From the human T2T-CHM13v2.0 reference genome, Homo sapiens, in NCBI RefSeq assembly GCF_009914755.1, contig NC_060947.1: a DNA stretch of 64,000 bases. One strand, given 5' to 3'. Within the stretch, counting starts at the first letter, position 1; every line of letters starts with the position of its first letter. Shown piece after piece: positions 50,960 through 64,000 of the stretch. The notes beneath the pieces are model-generated. The model was not told the origin of the DNA and ran no database searches. It was given only the letters and a program-made list of their open reading frames with translations. The position numbers were made by a program, and so were the translations under genes.

Positions 50960-53230
50960 GAAGTTTTGTGATTGGTTATCTGGCATGGCAGCCATGGAAA
51001 CATGCTGCTCAGCTCTCTTTCAAGAGAACCTGCTCCATGAGCAGTGAACATAGTGACTGACAGCTTCCAGCTGCTGTTCCTCCTAGCCAATGCCTGAGCA
51101 TGGCAGAGGTACTAGGGCTAGCTCACTCCTGCCTCAAACTGGGATTCCTCTAAGGAGCAACTTTGGTTTGGGGAGTTCCTTTCAGCCAAGTGGAAACTTT
51201 CTCAGAACTGCCCTATGGTCTGAGGCTCTTCTTACCCAATTCTTCCTTCTTTCTCTTTTGCCACACTTGCATCACAGACTGAAGCCTCTCACCTCCTAAA
51301 ATGCTTCCTCTGCTTTACCCTTCATAGGCATTTCCCCCTATAAATCTCTCACCCCTGATCCCATCTTGGCATCTGCTTCTCAAAAGACCTAACTAAACTA
51401 ACTGACAGTGGTCAGGAAAAATTCATAAAAATGGGATATGGCCACTGGCTCACTAAGTACCTGTCTGAAAAGCAGGACACCATACTGAGTGCCTCTGTAA
51501 GAGCATGAATAGTCCCAGATACAATGTGTCAACCCAACTGTTGGCGATTTCACCTGTAGTGATCTGGGAAAATTTCACAGTGGAGGGGAATGCCCTTGCT
51601 GGTTTGGTGATTCAGGCACTTGAAAGAGACAGGTAAAACAATACCTGTAAGGACAGGAGAGTTGGCTTGATAGGATTAAGTTCGATTGACATCCTGCAGA
51701 GAGATAATGGAAGTCTGCAGGCTGTTAACAAACAGTTAAAGACTAACTATGAGAGCCGGAGTGCCTCTGTAGTTGCTTGAAATAAACCTTACCTCCTGCA
51801 GCGGAAGCGCAGACATAGGTGTTAACAGGAGTGGACACAAGATCTGATTGAGCTGCAGAATTCCAGAGGCATTTAAATGCTGAGCCAAGGCAGGCCTGTT
51901 ATATGAAGTTCTAGCCCCTGATAGGGACAATCTGGGCCCCTGAAACATGAAATGGAAGCATCAGGATGCTTGCATTTGAGGATTATAGCTCTTCAGACCT
52001 CCCTGAACCCTTAGAGCTTCTAGAGATAACCATTTCTTTTTTTTTTTTTTTTTTTTTTGAGATGGAGTCTCGCTGTGTCGCCCAGGCTGGAGTGCAGTGG
52101 TGGGATCTCGGCTCACTGCAAGCTCTGCCTCCCGAGTTCACGCCATTCTCCTGCCTCAGCTGGGACTACAAGTGCCTGCCACCATGCCCAGCTAATTTTT
52201 TGTATTTTTAGTAGAGATGGGTTTCACCGTGTTAGCCAGGATGGTCTTGATCTCCTGACCTCGTGATCTGGCTGCCTCGGCCTCCCAAAGTGCTGGGATT
52301 ATGGGCGTGAGCCACCGCACCTGGCCAAGATAACCATTTCTTCTTAAGACTAGCATTTCCCCCACATGGGAAAATGCTGCAGGCTTTTGCCCTGTAAGAC
52401 AATAGGTGGCACACATCAGGAGCTGCCCCACCTCCTCTCCTGGCTGTTAGGCCTATTACTAAGGTTAAATCTCAGTATAACCTGTATGGAAAAATGCTAG
52501 GTCTGATAAGGGAATAAAGAGATTATACACAGTAGGAGCATCAAGAATTACCCAGCATGCACTAGCAGGAGCCAGAGAGTATCTATAGAATAGGATTTTA
52601 AGGCGTTTGAAAGAAACTGGAATATATGACTAGGTAAGCAAAAATTAACTCACTTGGGAACACTTTTTCAGGACATGAAATTTAATGACCTGGCAGAGAC
52701 CCTAAGGGATGGGGCAAATGTATGACAAGTTAGCTTTTAGAAGCCTGGAAGAAGAGATAGTCAACAAGGATCAAGTGAAAACTGCCCTGGCAGACAGTAG
52801 AGAAGGGAATGAAGAGACTGAGGGAAGTGAGCACGCTGGAATTAATATGTTACATGAGACCAGAAGATTCATCATAGGCTTATGGTTCATTAGAGGACCC
52901 AAAGGGCACCCTCTTCCACCCAGGCCATCAGGAATGTGCTGGTGAGATGGGAACCAGCATCACTGACTTCAATGGTAGTTATCCTCTCCAAGTCGGGGCA
53001 GACAGTAGGCAAGGCAGTGACAGAGGTGGGCTCACTGATAATTATGGGAATTATGGTGCCTTGAAGTAATAGAGCATATATATGAATAGAAGAGGGCATA
53101 AGTGTAAAGATTTTTGTATCACACCTTAAGGGTCACCAGGAAGCATTTACCACAGAAGTGTGGCTGAAAAATCAAACAGACAAAATGTCTTGGCCAGTTG
53201 ATGTTAAGCATCCTTCATCAATGGCTATGA
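50960..53230 (+). mobile_element. LTR16-like LTR (~50960-51400) followed by degenerate ERVL-class internal sequence
   Basis: LTR end CCCATCTTGGCATCTGCTTCTCAAAAGACCTAACTA, then gag-like remnants (AAGGCCATCAGGAATGTGCTGGTGAG..CCAGCATCACTG); no intact ORF. Confidence 0.6.
52037..52326 (-). mobile_element. AluY-like with ~12-bp internal deletion
   Basis: GCAAGCTC..TTCACGCCATTCTCC and CGTGTTAGCCAGGATGG; TSD AGATAACCATTTCTT. Confidence 0.93.
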
Positions 53231-53819
53231 TGATTCAACAAAAAGGCTCTTCCTGCCTATTCCTGTTTCTGCCCCCATTATCCTTCACAGGAATCCCCCA
53301 CATCCCATTTCTGACCAAATCTATTGTACATCTAATTCTATCTGCTTGTTGGGACACCTGGTTAGTATTGAAAGATTGGACTTAGTAGTTCATAGTACAT
53401 AGCAAGCAACAACTTAAATTATCACCTATGATCACTAAAAATAAAGTACCTAGTGAAGGCACAGCTTTGAGGGATATAGTAACTACTTCCAAAAAAATGT
53501 GAATAAAGCCAATGAGGAATTCAAGGATTGTAGGAGTGATCTTAAAGTTCTAAATTCTTGGTTTAATGCAAAAACTTAAAATGATAGAATTATTATGACC
53601 ATGTTAAAGAATCTCTTGTTTGTAGCTGTAGAGAGGAAGTGGCTGAAAACTATAGTCAAAGTTTGGACACATATATTGGGAAATTAATATCATTTAACTC
53701 ATCACTTCATCAGGTCTCATATATATAAAATAATGATTAGCAAAAAGTGGAATGCCACGATAGGAACACTGTCATATGAGAGGATTCAGAGTACTGAATC
53801 TAGCATAGTGCTTCTCCCA

Positions 53820-54990
53820 TATTGTCTTTTGACTTTGCTCATGGTGTATTTTTCCCATGTGAAAAAAGTTTTCAAAGAATGTTTATGAGTTCAAATTTAT
53901 CAGTCTTTTTAATGGCTGCCTTTGAATTGCGAGTCATAGAACTTCATATACGGGTTATAAAGTAATTCACTCAAGTTTTCTTCTAGTGTGATTTAATTTA
54001 TTTACTTTTACACTTAAATATCTAATCTATTTGGAATTCATTTTAGTGTATGGTATAAAGTATGAACCCAGTTTTATTTTTTTTCAAATGACTATCCATT
54101 TATCTCAACCCAATCTAAGTCCCTCTTCTCCCTAGTGATGCAAGATGCCACCTTTATCATATCCTAAATTGCCATATGTTCTTGGGTATATTTCTGGACT
54201 GCTCTGTTCTATTCTTCTGTTCTGCCTGCCTTTTCATGTGCCAGCACTAACAGTTTTAATTATAGAAGAGTTATAATATGTTTTAATAACTGGTAGGATT
54301 CGTTCAGCTCTTTGCTCTTCTTTTCCAGGGCTTCCCGAGATTTTGCATGCTATTTTTCCAAACAAATGTTAAGAATCAATTTATCTAGCTCTTTTAAAAA
54401 GTAAATATTTTATTTTTATGCACACACACACATACACACACACATAAACAAACATGGAGAAGATTTTATTTCTTTATGATATTGAATCATGCTATCCAAG
54501 AAAAAAGGCTTTCTTTGCATTTGTGTGTCTAACTTGCATCTCTTAGTAGTTGTATTAATATTTTCTCATACAGGTTTTATAATTTTTAATTGTGTACTTA
54601 TAAATATTTTATCATTTTGTTGTTATTGCAAATTGGGTTATCTCTTTCATTGCATCATTTCACTAGTTGCTTTTATATATGAAGGATATTGATTTTTATT
54701 TATTAATTTCATATCCTACTAAATTATCAACTTGTTTTACTATTTGTGTTAGTTTTGTTGTTGTCCTCATGGGTTTTCCAGGTAAACTATCTATCATATC
54801 ATCTACAGATAGTGATAGTGTTCTTTTTTTGATTCAATTTTATACCCCTAGTTTTTCTCTTTTCTGATTTCATTTCTAATAATTACAATAGAATGTAAAA
54901 TAGCAGAGGAGATAGTAGGCATTAAGGTTTCATTTCTGACCTTTGAGAGAATACCTAATATTTCCTCATTATATAATTTGCTTGCTTGAG
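53820..54990 (-). mobile_element. Old L1M ORF2 fragment
   Basis: TGGAATTCATTTTAGTGTATGGTATAAAG..; ATCATATCATCTACAGATAG is a degenerate antisense FADD region. Confidence 0.7.
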
Positions 54991-55039
54991 AGACACACAC
55001 ACACATACACACACACACACACACATATATTTAAGGCTA

Positions 55040-55480
55040 AAATACTAAGCAATAAAAACAAAAAATGCATATGGATGAATTTGAATCTATAAGATGAACA
55101 GCATCATAATTTAAAAGGAAGCAGACTGAAGGAATTAATATAGATAAAAGGGTATACGATTGAGGTAGAAAACAGAAAAAAATTAGAAATAATAAATAAA
55201 CCAAAATTCTGGTCCTGCAAAATTCAATAAAATAGACAAACCACTAACTAACCTAGCTAAGAAAAAAAGTGGGAAATCTCAAATATAGAAAATAAAAATT
55301 GACAAGGAGGAAATAAAAATGAGATGGAGAAAAATTTTTGACCATGAGACTGCTTTTCAACATTTTATGCATAGAAACTTGAAAACCTAGATGAAATAGC
55401 TTATATATTCTAGGAAAATACAATCTACCCAAATTAACTTTATTACAAATAGAACATTTAAACAGAGAAATTTCTTGGTT
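55040..55480 (+). mobile_element. Old L1M ORF2 fragment
   Basis: TCAATAAAATAGACAAACCACTA..GAAAACCTAGATGAAAT. Confidence 0.7.
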
Positions 55481-55537
55481 TAGTAGAGAGTAGATGAATA
55501 AGCTTCACAAAGTAGATTGTTGATGTTTTGATGGTGA

Positions 55538-55906
<369 letters not shown>

Positions 55907-56169
55907 TGAATCCTGTTCTCAACTTCTTAGAAAGGAAAAGATTGGAAGGTTTCCCCCCCTTGTGGTTTCCATATCCTTTTTAATATTTCCCACGATTTCT
56001 CCCCCTTCCAATCACTCATGCCACCACCAACACATCTATCCAACCCATCCTAGTATCGGCTACCACCTTTTCTGTCACTTATCTATTAATTTGACAAATA
56101 TTTACTGAGGTTCTGAGATGTATGATGAGACTGGGTGTAGGAAGACACAAAAGACATGGTACTCATTTC

Positions 56170-56630
56170 AAGTCGTGTTCCCCCCCAAAAAGCTCTGGCA
56201 TGGAGATTAGCATGTAGAAATTGTACTAGGGAGTAATCTTGAGATGAGTGTCTGTGAAAGAAGAGAACAAAGCAGGATTGGGCAGAGGGTAATGTTAGGC
56301 TGTGACATAGTAACAAGAAAGACCTCAGCCAAATTGATGCTGAGCTCTGAGGCTGTAATTGTCATATAAAATTGTCTCCAGTATAGAGTTGTCCCCAGTT
56401 GAAGTGATGAGGCTGGACTCTTATATTCCCAAATCAACCAGTCATTGGATGCAGGCTTCCCCCAGAAGGATGTGATCTTGGGTGAGGTATCTTTCTCCAG
56501 CCAAAGGCAATTCTCGGAAAGAGGGCTGACAGCTGAGGGTTGAGTGCCTGCAGCACTTCCAACATGAGGGGAAATAGGTCCTTCAGTCCTGAAGGAGGAC
56601 CTGGTCAGTATATTATAGGATCCACTACAG
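56170..56630 (-). mobile_element. Old ERVL LTR (LTR16/33-group)
   Basis: TGGAGATTAGCATGTAGAAATT..AGCAGGATTGGGCAGAGGG..TGGATGCAGGCT. Confidence 0.6.
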
Positions 56631-56744
56631 TCCCTTTCCTAAAGTAGTCACTGTCTGGGTCAGGGAGGTGGTGGTGGCGTAGACAAACAAATGGATGACA
56701 ACTCTTCACTGTTGTCCAGTCTAATTTGGTCAGTACCTACTGAG

Positions 56745-57562
56745 CTCTTTGCTCACCACACTTCTGACATCAAATGTGTGGGGTTTTTCCACACCAACAA
56801 CCAGTTCTCAACTCTTTGGACACCAGCTGGGCATCCTATAATTGAATTAAATTCTAACACTAACTACTCATGGTATCAGACTCAAAGTTCTAAGGCCTCA
56901 GTCCCACAGAATTACCCTCACTTTAGATGCCAGTAGCAAGTATTGGAGGCCAAGGTACCCATACTTCCGCCCACTTTGGCTATAAAATTGGAGGTTCCCA
57001 CACTTCCCCCTTTTATATTTGATAATTTGGTAGAATAACAGAAATCTGCAAGACATTTTACTCTCACTGGTTTATTAAAAACAATACAAATGAACAGCCA
57101 GATGAAGAGGTATACATAAGGCAAGGTCCAGACATGTCTTAAGCCCAGCTTTGTCTCTGTGGATTTTGGGTGCACTAATCCTGGCACGTGAATATGTTTG
57201 CCAGTTCCAAAGATCTCCAAACCCTGTTGTTGAGGGAATTTGTGGAGGTCTCATCACATAGGCATGATTGATTAAATCACTGGCCAATCTTCAGGCCCTC
57301 TCGCCTCTCCAGAAGTAGGGAGTGGGACTGAAAGTTCCAATCCTCTAATCAGGTGGTTGGTTCCTTTCGTGACCAGTCTCCATCCTGAAGCTATCTAGGG
57401 CTCACCAGGAGTCACATTATTAGCAAAAACTCAGGTATGGTTGAAAGGGACTTGTAGTGAATAATAAGACACCCCTATCACTCAGAAAATTACAAGAATT
57501 TTAGGAGCTCTGTGTCAGGAACCAGGGACAAAGGCCACATATGTATTTCTTATTATGCTACA
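56745..57562 (-). mobile_element. MER21-family LTR
   Basis: CACTTCTGACATCAAATGTGTGGG..GGACACCAGCTGGG..GGAGCTCTGTGTCAGGAACCAGGGACAAAG. Confidence 0.8.
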
Positions 57563-57606
57563 CTTATCTCTCAGCCTTCAAACCTACCCTCTTCACTACA
57601 TTGTAA

Positions 57607-58038
<432 letters not shown>

Positions 58039-58064
58039 TAAATGGAGTTCTCACATTTAGCTGA

Positions 58065-58466
<402 letters not shown>

Positions 58467-58544
58467 TGAATGATGAGAAGATGAACAAATGTCAGCTTCT
58501 TAATAAGGTGTTTCCCTAACCACCTACTTCTTTGCCCTGCAACA

Positions 58545-58815
58545 ATAATGAGAAAAACAGCTAACACTTTCTGGAAACTATGTGCCAAGCATTCCTCAAA
58601 TCAGTTGAAACAATCCAAATTAACTAATTTAGTCCTTACAACAACTTTGTAAAGTAGCTACCGTATTCGTATTTTATAGATAAGTAAACTATAAAATGAG
58701 GCACAAGGGTTTTAATTTGTCTCAGGTCTTAGCAAGTAATGGTAGTGCCAGGTCTGGACCTCAAGCAGTCAGCCTCCAGAATCCATGCCCTTAAGCATGA
58801 CATTATGCTGCCTCT
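58545..58815 (-). mobile_element. MIR
   Basis: TATGTGCCAAGCA..CCTTACAACAAC..ATTTTATAGATAAGTAAACT..CTCCAGAATCCATGCCCTTAA. Confidence 0.7.
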
Positions 58816-58938
58816 CCTAGCCACTAACATTTAAAATTTTTAAAATTTTCATTAATAGCATTAATCCTTCTCACTAATTATCTTGCTTCTATGTTTATAT
58901 GTTTTTTCTGACTTCCCCAACTATCAAGTAATTATGTC

Positions 58939-59580
<642 letters not shown>

Positions 59581-59584
59581 ATAT

Positions 59585-59730
59585 TAGAATTCCCTAAGGA
59601 TCTTTTAAAAATTTCCCAAGCCCATGACCCACACCAAACCAATTAAATCAGAATATCTGAGGGTGAGTCCTAGATATTTGTAATTTTGAAACTTCCGAGA
59701 TAATTCTAATGTGCAAAAAGGATGGAGAAT
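59585..59730. mobile_element. MER5A-like hAT MITE
   Basis: CCAATTAAATCAGAATATCTGAGGGTG..GATAATTCTAATGTGCA. Confidence 0.65.
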
Positions 59731-60461
59731 GTATCATATACAAAAGCTGCAGAATCATACACAAAAGCTGCAGAAGCAATAAGGGTCTATATTGACTTCC
59801 TTGACCAACTCAAAATAAATAGAAATAGAATAAATGGAATAAAATTATTTGTTCTAACCACATAGTGATGGTAAGAGGGGTGTGAGAACTGAGGATCTGC
59901 TCAGAGCACATAACAGAAATCTCTCTCAATCTGTGTATAACCTCTACCTATAAATATGGGTGAGCAGCATCGTATGTGTGCTAAAGCAGGGACCAAGTGA
60001 ATCGAAGGGCTCTGACTTCCAAACTCATCATTACCATTAGAGCTGGAACATCCATCTCTAATTTGACTCCAGCAGATAATGCAGAACCTGGCCTTTCCTA
60101 GCCCAGTTTTTAACTGGAAGAAGAGGCCATTCTGCAGTTCACTAACAGGCTCTTTTTCCATTTTCCTCTTCACTAGACTTTTGAGGCACTGAGGGAGCAA
60201 TACAAACAACATATTTGTCAGTAGTTAATATACTGTAAACCATTCCAAGATGATTGTCACTTGTAAGCAAATTCCGTACTTGAATTAGAGATGTCTGGCA
60301 CTTTGTTATGCACAAGGAAGAGAAGCATGAAGGAAGGAAGTGCCACTTAGACAATGCTATTTCATTTGGAGTAGATACCATTTCACATGAAAGTCAACTT
60401 CCCTCAGTACTAAGTATATGTGAGGAGGGGGGGATTGAGGAGGGGTTAAAGCATACCTGCA

Positions 60462-60830
60462 TGTATCAAAGAGTAGAGGCTAGGTTATGCTATAGTGACA
60501 GACACCCTCCAAAATCTCAATGGCTTAAAACAACAAAAGTTCTTGTTCCCATTGCATGTTTGCTGTAGGTCAGCAGAAGGTTCACATCTATGCCATCCTC
60601 AGTAATCCAGTTCTGAGGGAGGCTCCACCTCTGTTCTCACACAATTGCTGAGGGAGAAACAGAGAATGTGGTGAACTGTGTACTAGTTCTTAAAGGTTTG
60701 ACCCAGAAGTGACACACATTTCTTCTGCTCATATTTCATTGGCCAGAGCAACTCACATGTATCCACCTAACTACAAAGGGTCAGGGAAATTCAATTCTGT
60801 GATATACCCAAGAGAACTGGGAGTGTTTGG
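60462..60830 (-). mobile_element. Old MaLR LTR (MLT1J/K-like)
   Basis: AAAATCTCAATGGCTTAAAACAACAAAAG..CCAGAAGTGACACAC..TCATATTTCATTGGCCAGAGCAA. Confidence 0.7.
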
Positions 60831-60838
60831 TAGCTGGA

Positions 60839-61930
60839 TGACATGGTTTTGATATGTGTGCCCACCCAAATCTCATGTTGAATTGTAATCCCCAATGTTG
60901 GAGGAGTGGCCTGGTGGGAGGTAATTGGATTATGGGCAGATTTCCTTGCTGTTTTCATGATAGTGAGTCAGTTCTCATGATATCTGGTTGTTTAAAAGTG
61001 TGTGGCACCTCCCCCTTTTCCCTCTTCCTCCTGCTCCAGCCGTGTAGAATATGCCTGCTTCCCCTTCACCTTCTGACATGATTGTAAGTTTTCTGAGGCC
61101 TCTCCATCCATGCTTCCTGTAGAGCTTGTGGAACCATGAGCTACTTCAACCTCTTCTTTATAAATTACCCAGTCTCAGGTATTTCTTTATAGCAGTGTGA
61201 GAATGGACTAATACCGAAAATTGGTACCTGGAGTGGGGAATTGCTATAAAGGTATCTGAAAATGAGAAAGTGACTTTGGAACTGGGTAACAGGCAGAGGT
61301 TGGAACAGTTTGGAGGGCTCAGAAGAATACAGGAAGATGAAGGAAAGTGTGGTACTTCCCAGAGACTTGTTAAATTGTTATGACTGAAATGCTGATAGTG
61401 ATATGGACAATAAAGTCCAGGCTGAGGTGGTCTCAGATGGAGATGAGAAACTTTTTGGGAACTGGAGAAAAGGTGACTTTTGTTATGCATTAGCAAAGAG
61501 ATTGGAGGTATTGTGCCCCTGCTCTAAAGATCTGTGGAACTTTGAACTTAAGGGGGATGATTTAGGGTATCTGGTGGAAGAAATTTCTAAGAAGCAAAGC
61601 ATTCAAGAACTGATCTGGCTGCTTCTAGCAGCATATGCTTATATGTGTGAGCAAAGAGATGATCTGAAACTAAAACTTATATTTTAAAGGGAAGCAGAGC
61701 ATAAAAGTTTGGAAAATTTGCAACCTGGCCATGTGGTAGAAAGGAAAAACCCATTTTCAGGAAAGGAATTCAAGCCGACTGCAGAAATTTGCAAAAGTAA
61801 AAAGGAGCCAAGGGCAAATACTCAAAGGTATTTCAGAAAACTTTGCAGCAGCCTCTCCCATCACAGGCCTGGAGGCCTAGTGGGGAATAATGATTTTGTG
61901 GACCAGGCCCAGGGCCCTGCTACCCTGCAC
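60839..61930 (+). mobile_element. MSTA 5' LTR (60839-61215) plus ~0.7 kb of internal sequence, 3'-truncated
   Basis: LTR followed by GAAAATTGGTACC; colinear with 19438-20210; stops abruptly near 61930. Confidence 0.88.
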
Positions 61931-62274
61931 AATATAGAGAGTTAAACCAACAGCACTAGACTAAGAAGAAGTTTGGTTCCTATTTTTTGTTTTATTCATA
62001 ACTAGTTTGACAACATCATTTCTCCACTTTAAAGTATAATAAAAGGCTTAAACTAAATCAGTGTCCACTAAATACCCAAATGCTTGTTCATGATAAGGCA
62101 TTCATTAGGACCCAGAGAACTAAAAATTTAAATTAAATTAAATTTAAAAGGGAAATGTAGCAATTCTATGTGTATTGTTAGTTCTCACTTCATCAGTATC
62201 ACACCTTACTTTACTCATAAGAAAATGTCAGTAATAACACATACTATTATTTAAGACCTTTAGTCATAGCAATA

Positions 62275-62510
62275 GTCAAATGTATACAGGGCTTTCTAGG
62301 TGCCAAAAACTGTTCCAAGTACTTAATATAATTAACTCATTTAATCCTTATGAAGTAGGTACTGTTATTATCCCTATTTTATAGATAAGGTATAGATAAA
62401 TTAAATCCCTTCTCAGGTCACACTGGAAAGTAAAGAGTAGAATCTGAATTCAAATCCAGGCAGTGTGGCTTTAGAATCCTCACTCTTTATCACTAAGTCA
62501 TACTAAACTA
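62275..62510 (-). mobile_element. MIR
   Basis: TAACTCATTTAATCCT..GTAGGTACTGTTATTATCCCTATTTTATAGAT..TTCAAATCCAGGCAGT. Confidence 0.75.
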
Positions 62511-62535
62511 GCTTGACAAAATCAAGTTTGGTAAC

Positions 62536-64000
62536 TGTATTAGTCCATTTGTGTTGCTGCAAAGAAATACTTGAGGCTAGGTAATTTATGAAGAAAATAG
62601 TTTTAATTGGCTTGTGGTTCTGCAGGCTGTACAAGAAGCATGATGCTGACATCTGCTTCTGGTGAGGGCTTCAGAAAGCTTACAATCACAGCAAAAGGTA
62701 AAGGAGGAACAGGCATCTCACATGGCAAGAGCAGGAGCAAGAGAGAGAGGTAGGAGGTGCCACACACTTTTAAACAACCAGATCTCACGAGAACTCACTC
62801 ACTATCATGAGAACAGCAACAAGATATTCATGATAGATTTGCCCCCATGACCCAAACACCTCTCACTAGGCACCACCTCCACCATCAGGGATTACATTTC
62901 AATATGAGATTTATAGGGGAGAAACATCCAAACTATATCATTCTGCCCCTGGCCCCTCAAATCTCAAGTCCTTCTCATTTTGCAAAATATATTAATCTCT
63001 TCCCCCCAAATCTTAACTTGCTCCAAAATCAAGTTCAAAGTCTTAAGTCTCATCCGAGACTCATATCCTTCTGCCTATGAGCCTGTAAAACCAAAACAAG
63101 TTATTTAATCCCAAGATACAATGGTAGTACAGGCATTGGGTAAACATTACCATACTGAAAGGGAGAAATGAGCCAAAAGAAAGGAGCAATAGGCCCCACA
63201 CAAGTCTGAAACCTAGCAGGGCAGCCATTAAATCTTGAAGCTCCAAAATAATCTTCTCTGACTCCATGTCCCACATCTAAGGCACACTGGTGCAAGGGGT
63301 AGACTCCCAAAGGCCTTGGGCAGCTCTGTCTCCTGTGGCTTTGCAGGGTGCATCCCACTTGGCTGCTCACATAGGTTGGAGTTTAATGCCTTCAGCTTTT
63401 CTAGATGCAGCATAGAAGCTGCCGGTGGAGCTACCTTTCTGGGCTCTAGAGGTTGGTGGCCCCCTTCCCATAGCTCCACTAGGCAGTGCCCTAGTGAGAA
63501 CTCTGTTTGAGGCTTCCAGCCTCACATTTCCCCTTGGCATTGCCCCAGCAGAGGTTTTCTTTGAGGGTTCTGCCCCTGTGGCAGGCTTCTGCCTGGGCAC
63601 CTAGGCTTTCTCATATATATCCTCTGAAATCTAAGTGGAGGCCACCAAGCCTCATTCATGCTTGCATTCTATGCACAGGCTTAACACCATGTGGAAGCCA
63701 AGGCTTACAGCTTGCACCTTTCAGAATAGTGGCCCAAGCTGTACCTGGGGCCCTGTGAGCCACGGCCACAGCAGCCAGGATGTGGGAAGCAGTGTCCCAA
63801 GGCTGGATAGGGCATCCTGGTCCTAGCCTTGAAACCATTCTTTCCTCCTAGGCCTCTGGGTCTGTGATGAGAGGTGCTGCATCTGAGATCTCTGAAATGC
63901 CTTCAAGGCCTTTTTCCCATACTCTTGGATACTAGTACTTTGCTCCCTTTTTGTCATGCTAATCTCTCTAGCAAGTGGTTGCTCCACAGCCTGCTTGGAT
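62536..64000 (-). mobile_element. MSTB-like provirus: 3' LTR (62536-62940) and internal region running off the window
   Basis: TGTATTAGTCCATTTG..CAAACTATATCA, then the reverse complement of the MaLR internal 3' end (TTCTGCCCCTGGCCCCTCAAATCTC). Confidence 0.88.

Noticed and set aside
53820-55480. Opposite-orientation L1M pieces as a twin-priming inversion
   Set aside because: No TSD is discernible, there is an apparent gap of several hundred bp in L1 coordinates, and the pieces are too diverged to link.
59736-59778. 21-bp tandem duplication; similar small duplications at 21730-21764, 48544-48582 and 10289-10316
   Set aside because: Two-copy slippage duplications are common. There are no spacers, so they are not CRISPR-like.

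Overview
This is primate (probably human) gene-poor, repeat-dominated genomic DNA. I find no intact protein-coding gene, RNA gene or CRISPR array. The long ORFs trace to L1 ORF1/ORF2, Alu or MaLR sequence, or look like chance. Contents: two full-length decayed L1s in divergent orientation (L1PA10/11-like, 9692-16542, minus; L1PA15/16-like, ~22952-29478, plus); a near-complete MSTA provirus; many solo LTRs (MER66, MER34-group, MER21, MST/THE1, MLT1, LTR16/33-group); 12 Alus plus a monomer; old L1M pieces; and DNA-transposon MITEs. Subfamily names are recalled from consensus sequences by eye and are approximate. The signal not explained by these repeats is a set of short local copies of neighbouring sequence: a 240-bp inverted duplication at ~97% identity around a 2.15-kb spacer; a 283-bp direct duplication that preserves pre-insertion empty sites; a 166-bp insertion with junction microhomology; and a fold-back hairpin in L1 ORF2. 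I cannot support a novel gene system from this sequence.
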